Below, in pieces: positions 52,546 through 63,324 of a stretch of DNA of 64,000 nucleotides. A program made the position numbers and the translations under genes. Within the stretch, counting starts at the first letter, position 1; the number at the start of each line of letters is the position of its first letter. This stretch comes from Octopus sinensis (Eukaryota), in assembly GCF_006345805.1 (NCBI RefSeq), contig NC_043005.1:13764001-13828000 (forward strand), in the 5' to 3' direction. The notes beneath the pieces are model-generated. The model was not told where the DNA came from and searched no databases. It saw only the letters and a list, made by a program, of their open reading frames with translations.

Positions 52546-53017
52546 GTAAGTTGAATCAGACTTGTTGTGTATGTTTATGAATTTTATATATGTATAGTAA
52601 ACTCCCTCATATTCAACACCAACAGGGTCCAGAGAGTTGCTGAATAGCAACTTTTCCAGATATAGGATCATTTATTAAATGGTACAAAGCACCTTACAGA
52701 ACTCACTAAAACTCTAAATATCCAGTGCGCGGAATCGCCCTTGTGTGTCATTGTGACATACAAAATGGAGTGTTGCTTTTCAAACTAGAGTATTTTGTTT
52801 TACTGCACTTATTGCATGTACGTGTATTTTTAAGATTAGTAAACCTTATTTCTTACTCAAACTATACTTGTATTTTCCCCTATTTCCCTCATTTCTACTA
52901 TTTTCAAAATATCACTAATAGATATATAAAGTTTTAATGAATTTTGTAAGCTGCTTTGAACTATTTGATAAGTGATAATCAGTTATCAGGAACATTCAGT
53001 ATATATATATATATATA

Positions 53018-53064
<47 letters not shown>

Positions 53065-53249
53065 GGCAAGAAATAATTTTTATTTCTTGTTATAGAAACA
53101 AAAGGGTTTATAGGACTGCAAAAAAAGTGCTCAAATGTAATTGAGACAGAGATAAAAAAAAAACATTGATCATAGAACAAACATCAAATTCGAGTCAACG
53201 ACTTTATATATAACACCATACCTCGAAATATTTGATCATATATAAATAT

Positions 53250-53426
53250 TACCGTGGCTGTGTGGCAAGTAGCTTGCTTACCAACCACATGGTTCCGGGT
53301 TCAGTCCCACTGCGTGGCACTTTCGGCCAAGTGTCTTCTACTATAGCCTCAGACCGACCAAATCCTTGGGAGTGAACTTCGTAGACGGAAACTGAAAGAA
53401 GCCCGACGTAAATATATATATGTATG

Positions 53427-53458
<32 letters not shown>

Positions 53459-53715
53459 TATGAAATGATTTTTTTTTGACGAACTCTTTTGTTTGAGTGG
53501 AGTAAGAAAATATTTTTAGTCGAGTGTTTTTATATATATATATATATGTTTGTGTGTCTGAGTTTGTCCCACCACCATCGCTTGACAACCGATGTCGGTG
53601 TGTTTACGTCCCCGTAACTTAGCGTTTGGCAAAGAAGACCGATAGATTGATTCCTGGGATGGATTTGTTCGACTAAAGGTGGTGCTCCATCATGTCCTCA
53701 GTTAAATGACTGACA
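53250..53715 (+). mobile_element. Bipartite SINE, intronic
   Basis: Head and 3' half match 22488-22895. Confidence 0.8.
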
Positions 53716-54103
53716 AAAATATAGGAATATAAAGTATACATATATAAAAAAAAACACTCGACTAAAAATATTTTCTTACTCCACTCAAACAAAAGAGTAC
53801 GTCAAAAAAAAATCATTTCATGAAAATCATGGTAGGTTGGAGTCCAGGAGCAAAAAGTTTCACAGAATCAAGTCAAACACACCTATGGACATTTCGGGAG
53901 TTCATTGCCGCTGTTCGGTTACGAGTTAAAGTGCAATGAGCCCCCTCTTCACCACGATGAACAGGAAACTCAACAAAAAGTTTTTTTTATTCTTTTGTTG
54001 AGTTTCCAGCTCATCCTGATGAGGGTTCATTGCCGAGATGAAGGGATCATTCCTGCATCTCGATCCTTTGACCTTACATTTATCTATCTATTTATCTAAT
54101 ATA

Positions 54104-55066
54104 CGAGGGGCGTTCAATAAGTAATGCCCCTGACCCACTTCCCATAGCAGTAGAGCAACGAAACTTGGCACAGTTATTAGTCTTTTTCTACATAGGAACC
54201 ACCCAGAGTTACGCATTTCTCCCATCGTTTGATGCGGCTCTGGAGACCGTTTTTGTAGATGAACCCAGCTTGGTCCTCCAACCTCAACGTGACTTCAGAA
54301 ATCAAGGCTGCATCATCTGGAAAACGCTTTCCTTTCAAAAACAACTTCATGACTGGGAAGAGGTGAAAATCAGAGGGTGCAAGGTCAGGAGAGTAGGGGG
54401 ATGGGGGAGGAGTTCATAGCCGCACGCCTATGCTTCTGATCTGGCGACAAGCGAGTTGTGGACCGGAGCGTTGTCCTGCAGGAGGAGGATGCCTTTGCTG
54501 ATCTAGCCCCGCCTCTTGATTTTGATAACTTCTCTTAATTTCCTCAAAAGTGAAGCATAATAGGCTCCTGTAATTGTGGTACCCTTTGCCAGGAAATCTG
54601 TCATCACTACTCCGTCCTGGTCCCAGAAGACTGTGAGCATGACCTTGCCAGCGGAGGGCTGCACCCTTGCCTTCTTTGGAGAGGGTGAGTCATGGTGCTT
54701 CCACTGCATTGACTGGGCTTTGGTCTCTGGATCATCGTGATGGACCCAGGTTTCATTCTTTGTAATCAGTCTTTTGAAAAATTTTGACTCATCTTCTTGG
54801 CACATCTCCAAATTCATCCTCGAGCACTCGACGCGTTCTTGCTTCTGGAAAGGTGTGAGCAACCTGGGAATCCATCTGGCAGACACCGTTTGCATATGCA
54901 AATGGTCATGAATGATAGTTTGTACAGACCCGGTACTAATCTTGACCTCATGGGCTATTTGGCGAGTAATTATGCGTCGATCTTCCAAAATGGCACCCTC
55001 AACTTGACGGACAGATGCCTCATCAATGGCAGAAGCGGAGCGACCAGATCTGGGAGCTGTTTCCAC
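54104..55066 (-). mobile_element. Mariner (DD34D-type) element, 3' two-thirds with one TIR; 5' end lost
   Basis: TA|CGAGGGGCGTTCAATAAGTAATGCCC TIR at 54104. ORF 54503-55066 (SARWIPRLL, ETWVHH), then LQDNAP and HPPYSPDLAPSDFHLF through stops; terminal TAA at 54177. Confidence 0.92.
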
Positions 55067-56755
55067 AGGTAATCAGAAGATCGGATGGTTCATATTTATA
55101 GATATTTATTTATATATTACATTTTTTACATATATATATCATATCATTCAGATCATATCATTCGGATTATTAGCGCTTTCTCCCATTCCAGTGGGGTTTT
55201 CAAATCAAATCAATTCCTTTGTGGGGAATTTGGTCATTTTATAGAGTTTCGTAGTAGTGAGGAGGAACAAGATAGTATAAGAGGGTGAGGTGGGTGAGGA
55301 GGAAGTGAGAGAGAGAACATGTGTGTGTGTATGTGTGTGTGTGTGTGTGTGTGCGTTTGTATCTGAGGCTAAAGAGAAAAAGGGGAGGGGAGAGGGAAGA
55401 AGAAGTATTTCTTTTGGCCTGCTGGACCCCCTAGGGTTTTCTAAGAATTTTAGCTCTCTGTCCATTCTGGTGTCACTGAGTGTGTGTTGGTGGGTAGGCT
55501 GGCCGGTCAAATGTCATTTGGGGTCATACTTTCTATGATCGTTTTGTGGAGGTGTGTGTGTGTGTGTGTGTGTGTCTGTATATGTTACCTGTTATATACA
55601 TTATATTGTTTTTGTAATTTACTTGATCTTTACTTGCCAATTGTCATTCTAATTTTAACCTTCCTATGATATGCAATTTTCAAGATGGTGTAATTTGATT
55701 GTTCATTTTGATTCGATAGAAGGTGGGTTTTTCTCTAATATTTCATGTGTAAGCATGTATATATATATATAGTGACATTGAAGGACGCATCTTTTTTACA
55801 ATCTATATAGTAGAACATTTAGTATATGTCTGTATGTGATATATATATATATATATATATATATCTGTGTATGTATATATGTATATTGCCTGTTATATAC
55901 ATTATATTATTATCTTTATAATTTACTTCCATCTTTACCTTTTAATTGTCACTTTAATTTTAACTTTCCTATATATACAATTTTCAAGATGGTGTAATTT
56001 GGTTTGTTCATTTTGAACCGATAAAAGGGTTTTTTCAAATATTTTATGTATAAGTCTGTGTGTATATATGTATTGGTATAAATATCAACACACAAAAATA
56101 TTTTTTTCTTCTTCTCCATTTCCTCCCTTATTTTTATTTATTTTTTTAGTTTTTGGTTTTATATTTATTTTTATTTTCCCTTTTCTCTTTTTGTCTCTCT
56201 CCCCTTCTCCAAACACACAGAGACACACACACACGCACACAAACACACACGGACACACAGACACACACACACACCTCCACAAAACGATCATAGAAAGTAT
56301 GACCCCAAATGACATTTGTCCGGCCAGCCTACCCACCAACACACACTCAGTGACACCAGAATGGACAGAGAAAACCCAGGCCAAAGGAAATACTTCTTCT
56401 TCCCTCTCCCCTCCCCTTTTTCTCTTTAGCCTCAGATACAAACGCACACACACACACACACACATACACACACACACATACACACACATACACATACACA
56501 CATGTTCTCTCTCTCACTTCCTCCTCACCCACCTCACCCTCTTATACTATCTTGTTCCTCCTCACTACTACGAAACTCTATAAAATGACCAAATTCCCCA
56601 CAAAGGAATTGACTTGATTTGAAAACCCCACTGGAATGGGAGAAAGCGCTAATAATCCGAATGATATGATCTGAATGATATGATATATATATGTAAAAAA
56701 TGTAATATATAAAAAAATATCTATAAATATGAACCATCCAATCTTCTGATTACCT
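55067..56755. repeat. ~500-bp inverted repeat (55067-~55579 and ~56257-56755) around a ~680-bp spacer containing a ~160-bp direct repeat
   Basis: Mirror ORFs 55085+ and 56534- are nearly identical. Spacer repeats at ~55590-55750 and ~55880-56040. Confidence 0.9.
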
Positions 56756-56798
56756 CATTTCTTCTAATATATAATACCTGTACATCATCTCCAAACCT

Positions 56799-56841
<43 letters not shown>

Positions 56842-57102
56842 ATATATATATAAATGCGTGTATATGTGTGTATGATGAGAAAGATCCATTTGTGGTGATG
56901 GGTGTATATGTACATATATTCTTCTACTTATCCATGTCTCTCATTTATCCTTAGCTTATCTCAGGTCTTCAGGCTCCTCTCAGCTATTCTAATTCTATAC
57001 AACCTCACCTTTCCTACAACAATCTCAGTAACTCTTGTTCATACTTTAATGTCCTCTAAAGGTCTGTCTTTTCATTTTATGGTTTGTCTTTTCATTTTTC
57101 AG

Positions 57103-57174
57103 AAACCTTGCTTATAATGAAATATCGAATATTGAAGAAAGTAGCTTCAAAAACCTCGGCAGTTTGGAGGAGCT
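57103..57174 (+). CDS. LRR exon 11, A-type (NLAYNEISNIEESSFKNLGSLEEL)
   Basis: 72 bp; donor is gtaaat, weaker than the gtaagt of its homologs. Confidence 0.85.
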
Positions 57175-57202
57175 GTAAATTGAATCAAACTTGTGTGTGT
57201 GT

Positions 57203-57244
<42 letters not shown>

Positions 57245-57366
57245 TGGTGTGTTTTGTGTGTGTGTGCGTGTGTGTGTGTGTGCGTGTGTGTGTGCGTTTT
57301 GGTGTGTGTTTGTGCGTGCGTGTGTGTGTGTGTGCGTGTGTATGTGCGTGTGCGTGTGTGTGTGTA

Positions 57367-57415
<49 letters not shown>

Positions 57416-57575
57416 ATGTATGCGTAGTATATATGTACAGTAAATTCCCTCACATTCAGTACCAACGGGTCCTCAAGGTTGTGGAATAACTCAAGTTTCC
57501 AAGTATCTGATTATCATTTATCAAAACCCGGTGCATTTCAATTGCATCTGCTACATATACCCTTACATTTTTCAG

Positions 57576-57647
57576 AGACCTGAGCAAAAACAGAATTAAG
57601 AAAATCGGAGATGATTCTTGGCAACACCTTCAGAATTTAAAGAAATT
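57576..57647 (+). CDS. LRR exon 12, B-type (DLSKNRIKKIGDDSWQHLQNLKKL)
   Basis: 72 bp, tttttcag|...|gtgagt. Confidence 0.9.
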
Positions 57648-57867
57648 GTGAGTTGGGTATATTTTGCCTCTCATTCTATATTTATTAGATTTTATATGTT
57701 TGTACGCACATTCACCACACATATAATATACATATATTTTTATATGACCTTATTCAGTTTTATTTCAAAATTTCTCGTCGTCAGTAGAGAAAGAGCTGAT
57801 ATCTGACCTAGATTCAAGGCTCATGTGTATGTTTATATGCATGTATATATATTTGTGTATATATATA

Positions 57868-57911
<44 letters not shown>

Positions 57912-57918
57912 GTATATA

Positions 57919-57982
<64 letters not shown>

Positions 57983-58274
57983 TGTATGTATGTATGTATG
58001 TATGTATGTATGTATGTATGTATGTATGTATGTATGTATAGGCGTGTATATGTGTGTATCGTTTTATGATGGATGTAGGTGTACATATTATATTCTTCTA
58101 CTTACACATGTCATTCATTATTCTTAGCTTATCTCAGGTCTTCAGACTCTTCTCAATTACTCCTTATCTATACTGCCCACCATTCCTACCAAAATCTCAA
58201 TAACTCTTCTTCACACTTTAATGTCCTCTAATGATCTGTCTTTTCATTTTATTGTTTGTCTTTTCATTTTTCAG

Positions 58275-58346
58275 AATCCTTTCTAGGAATCAAATATCGA
58301 ATATTGAAGAAAGTAGCTTCAAAAACCTCGTCAATTTGGAGGAACT
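58275..58346 (+). CDS. LRR exon 13, A-type (ILSRNQISNIEESSFKNLVNLEEL)
   Basis: 72 bp, AG/GT, phase 2-2. Confidence 0.9.
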
Positions 58347-58845
58347 GTAAGTTGAATTAGACTTGTATATATAAACGCATGGTATATATGTACAGTACAC
58401 TCCCTCATATTCAACACCAATAGGTTCTGAGGTCTACTGAAAAACGTAATTTTCCAGATATCTGATCATCACTTATCAAGTAGTCCAAAGCACGATAAAA
58501 ACTGATTAGAATTCTATATATCCAGTGGGCGCATTCGCCTTTGTATGTAATTTTGACATACAAAATGGAGTGTCCCTTCTCAAATACAGCATTTTATTTT
58601 ACTGCATTTACTGTATATACCCGTATTTTATAAGATTAATAAAACCTGTTCTTTATGCAAATTATGCTTATATTTTCCGCTACTCTCCCTCCTTTCTACT
58701 GTGTTCGAGATATTATTGATAGTACTGATGGATATATAGAGTTTTAATGTGTTTTGTAAGGTGATTTGGAACCATCTAATAAACGATGGTCAGATATCTG
58801 GAAAATTCAGTTATTGAGCAATCCTCAGGTCCCATTGGTATTTTC

Positions 58846-58889
<44 letters not shown>

Positions 58890-58896
58890 CTGTGTG

Positions 58897-58928
<32 letters not shown>

Positions 58929-59410
58929 ATGTGTTGTTGAAAATGCAACTAAATTTCAAAAACTCGTAAATGTTTAAAATATATTCATTTACATAAATAC
59001 CAAACTAGTTTCAGCAATATTTTTTGTTTATTAATGGTAAAAGTTTAAAATCAGAAAAAAGCATCTTTAAAAGTTTCAATGTTGACAAACTAAAACGTTT
59101 CACTGTTGACAAATTAAAATGTTTCAATGTTGATAAATTATCATGTTCAAAACAGAAGGTGTAAGTTTTTCGAAGAACTTAGTCTATGTTCTTAGATGTG
59201 GTGGTGACTACATTGGTCAAACCAGCTTAACTTTGAGGGATAGACTTACGGTCCACAAGCAACAACCCGGGATCCCACCACTAGGAAAATTCCCGTAAGC
59301 ATGCAGCTAGACATACACCCTAGATACCAAATCTCCATCTCTATCATGCAATGCACTAAAAACCGGTGCATTTCAATTGCATCTGCTACATATACCCTTA
59401 CATTTTTCAG

Positions 59411-59482
59411 AGACCTGAGCAAAAACAGAATTAAGAAAATCGGAGATGATTCTTGGCAACACCTTCAGAATTTAAGAGAATT
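59411..59482 (+). CDS. LRR exon 14, B-type (DLSKNRIKKIGDDSWQHLQNLREL)
   Basis: 72 bp, AG/GT, phase 2-2. Confidence 0.88.
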
Positions 59483-59685
59483 GTGAGTTGGGTAATTTTG
59501 CCTCTCATTCTATATTTATTAGATTTTATATGTTTGTACGCACATTCACACACACATATATATATACATATATTTTTATATGACCTTATTCAGTTTTATT
59601 TCAAAATTTCTCGTCAGTAGAGAAAGAGCTGATATCTGACCTAGATTCAAGGCTCATGTGTATGTTTATATGCATGTATATATAT

Positions 59686-59754
<69 letters not shown>

Positions 59755-59758
59755 TATA

Positions 59759-59820
<62 letters not shown>

Positions 59821-60108
59821 TGTAGTATGTATGTATGTATGTATGTATGTATGTATGTATGTATGTATGTATAGGCGTGTATATGTGTGTATCGTTGTAT
59901 TGATGGATGTAGGTGTACATATTATATTCTTCTACTTACACATGTCATTCATTATTCTTAGCTTATCTCAGGTCTTCAGACTCTTCTCAATTACTCCTTA
60001 TCTATACTGCCCACCATTCCTACCAAAATCTCAATAACTCTTCTTCACACTTTAATGTCCTCTAATGATCTGTCTTTTCATTTTATTGTTTGTCTTTTCA
60101 TTTTTCAG

Positions 60109-60180
60109 AATCCTTTCTAGGAATCAAATATCGAATATTGAAGAAAGTAGCTTCAAAAACCTCGTCAATTTGGAGGAACT
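60109..60180 (+). CDS. LRR exon 15, A-type, identical to exon 13
   Basis: 72 bp, AG/GT, phase 2-2. Confidence 0.88.
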
Positions 60181-60677
60181 GTAAGTTGAATTAGACTTGT
60201 ATATATAAACGCATGGTATATATGTACAGTACACTCCCTCATATTCAACACCAATAGGTTCTGAGGTCTACTGAAAAACGTAATTTTCCAGATATCTGAT
60301 CATCACTTATCAAGTGGTCCAAAGCACGATAAAAACTGATTAGAATTCTATATATCCAGTGGGCGCATTCGCCTTTGTATGTAATTTTGACATACAAAAT
60401 GGAGTGTCCCTTCTCAAATACAGCATTTTATTTTACTGCATTTACTGTATATACCCGTATTTTATAAGATTAATAAAACCTGTTCTTTATGCAAATTATG
60501 CTTATATTTTCCGCTACTTCCCTCCTTTCTACTGTGTTCGAGATATTATTGATAGTACTGATGGATATATAGAGTTTTAATGTGTTTTGTAAGGTGATTT
60601 GGACCATCTAATAAACGATGGTCAGATATCTGGAAAATTCAGTTATTGAGCAATCCTCAGGTCCCATTGGTATTTTC

Positions 60678-60755
<78 letters not shown>

Positions 60756-61233
60756 ATGTGTTGTTGAAAATGCAACTAAATTTCAAAAACTCGTAAATGT
60801 TTAAAATATATTCATTTACATAAATACCAAACTAGTTTCAGCAATATTTTTTGTTTTTAATGGTAAAAGTTTAAAATCAGAAAAAAGCATCTTTAAAAGT
60901 TTCAATGTTGACAAACTAAAACGTTTCACTGTTGACAAATTAAAATGTTTCAATGTTGATAAATTATCATGTTCAAAACAGAAGGTGTAAGTTTTTCGAA
61001 GAACTTAGTCTATGTTCTTAGATGTGGTGGTGACTACATTGGTCAAACCAGCTTAACTTTGAGGGATAGACTTACGGTCCACAAGCAACAACCCGGGATC
61101 CCACCACTAGGAAAATTCCCGTAAGCATGCAGCTAGACATACACCCTAGATACCAAATCTTCCATCTCTATCAATGCACTAAAAACCGGTGCATTTCAAT
61201 TGCATCTGCTACATATACCCTTACATTTTTCAG

Positions 61234-61305
61234 AGACCTGAGCGAAAACAGAATTAAGAAAATCGGAGATGATTCTTGGCAACACCTTCAGAATTTAACG
61301 AAATT
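61234..61305 (+). CDS. LRR exon 16, B-type (DLSENRIKKIGDDSWQHLQNLTKL)
   Basis: 72 bp, AG/GT, phase 2-2. Confidence 0.88.
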
Positions 61306-61510
61306 GTGAGTTGGGTATATTTTGCCTCTCATTCTATATTTATTAGATTTTATATGTTTGTACGCACATTCACACACACATATATATATACATATATTTT
61401 TATATGACCTTATTCAGTTTTATTTCAAAATTTCTCGTCAGTAGAGAAAGAGCTGATATCTGACCTAGATTCAAGGCTCATGTGTATGTTTATATGCATG
61501 TATATCTATT

Positions 61511-61551
<41 letters not shown>

Positions 61552-61588
61552 ATATATTATGTATATATATATATGTATATATAATATA

Positions 61589-61621
<33 letters not shown>

Positions 61622-61901
61622 TGATGTATGTAGTATGTATGTATGTATGTATGTATGTATGTATAGGCGTGTATATGTGTGTATCGTTGTATTGATGGAT
61701 GTAGGTGTACATATTATATTCTTCTACTTACAACATGTCATTCATTATTCTTAGGCTTATCTCAGGTCTTCAGACTCTTCTCAATTACCCTTATCTATAC
61801 TGCCCACCATTCCTACCAAAATCTCAATAACTCTTCTTCACACTTTAATGTCCTCTAATGATCTGTCTTTCTTTTTTATTGTTTGTCTTTTCATTTTTCA
61901 G

Positions 61902-61973
61902 AATCCTTTCTAGGAATCAAATATCGAATATTGAAGAAAGTAGCTTCAAAAACCTCGTCAATTTGGAGGAACT
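61902..61973 (+). CDS. LRR exon 17, A-type, identical to exon 13
   Basis: 72 bp, AG/GT, phase 2-2. Confidence 0.88.
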
Positions 61974-63080
61974 GTAAGTTGAATTAGACTTGTATTATAA
62001 AACGCATGGTATATATGTACAGTACACTCCCTCATATTCAACACCAATAGGTTCTGAGGTCTACTGAAAAACGTAATTTTCCAGATATCTGATCATCACT
62101 TATCAAGTGGTCCAAAGCACGATAAAAACTGATTAGAATTCTATATATCCAGTGGGCGCATTCGCCTTTGTATGTAATTTTGACATACAAAATGGAGTGT
62201 CCCTTCTCAAATACAGCATTTTATTTTACTGCATTTACTGTATTACCCGTATTTTATAAGATTAATAAAACCTGTTCTTTATGCAAATATGCTTATATTT
62301 TCCGCTACTTCCCTCCTTTCTACTGTGTTCGAGATATTATTGATAGTACTGATGGATATATAGAGTTTTAATGTGTTTTGTAGGTGATTTGGACCATCTA
62401 ATAAACGATGGTCAGATATCTGGAAAATTCAGTTATTGAGCAATCCTCAGGTCCCATTGGTATTTTCATATATATATATATTATATATAATATATATATA
62501 TATATATATAATATATATGTGTGTGTGTGTGTGTGTGTTGTGTGTGTGTGTGTGTGTGTGTGTCTGTGTGTGTCTGTGTGTGTGTGTGTGTGTGTGTGAA
62601 AATGTGTTGTTGAAAATGCAACTAAATTTCAAAAACTCGTAAATGTTTAAAATATATTCATTTACATAAATACCAAACTAGTTTCAGCAATATTTTTTTG
62701 TTATTAATGGTAAAAGTTTAAAATCAGAAAAAAGCATCTTAAAAAGTTTCAATGTTGAACAACTAAAACGTTTCACTGTTGACAAATTAAAATGTTTCAA
62801 TGTTGATAAATTACCATGTTCAAAACAGAAGGTGTAAGTTTTTCGAAGAACGTAGTCTATGTTCTTAGATGTGGTGGTGACTACATTGGTCAAACCAGCT
62901 TAACTTTGAGGGATAGACTTACGGTCCACAAGCAACAACCCGGGATCCCACCACTAGGAAAATTCCCGTAAGCATGCAGCTAGACATACACCCTAGATAC
63001 CAAATCTTCCATCTTTATCAATGCACTAAAAACCGGTGCATTTCAATTGCATCTGCTACATATACCCTTACATTTTTCAG

Positions 63081-63152
63081 AGACCTGAGCGAAAACAGAA
63101 TTAAGAAAATCGGAGATGATTCTTGGCAACACCTTCAGAATTTAAAGAAATT
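63081..63152 (+). CDS. LRR exon 18, B-type (DLSENRIKKIGDDSWQHLQNLKKL)
   Basis: 72 bp, AG/GT, phase 2-2. Confidence 0.9.
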
Positions 63153-63324
63153 GTGAGTTGGGTATATTTTGCCTCTCATTCTATATTTATGAGATTTTAT
63201 ATGTTTCTACGCCCATGCACACATAGATATACATATATTTTTATATGTCATTATTCAGTTTAATTTCAAAATTTCTCGTCAGTAGAGAAAGAGCTGATAT
63301 CTGACCTAGCTCCAAGGCTCGTAT

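Larger units (their letters stand above)
57520..63320 (+). repeat. Tandem array of ~3.2 near-identical ~1.8-kb units, each carrying one B and one A LRR exon
   Basis: B exon spacing 1835/1823/1847 bp; A exon spacing 1834/1793 bp. Introns differ mainly in microsatellite length. Confidence 0.95.

Noticed and set aside
59301-59486. ORFs starting MQLDIHPRYQ that run into B exons (also 61127 and 62974)
   Set aside because: Intronic read-through ending at the TGA in the gtgagt donor; the upstream part has no LRR register.
57520-63320. Regularly spaced repeats as a CRISPR-like or satellite array
   Set aside because: The units are 1.8-kb exon-bearing gene segments without unique spacers; eukaryotic context and no cas genes.
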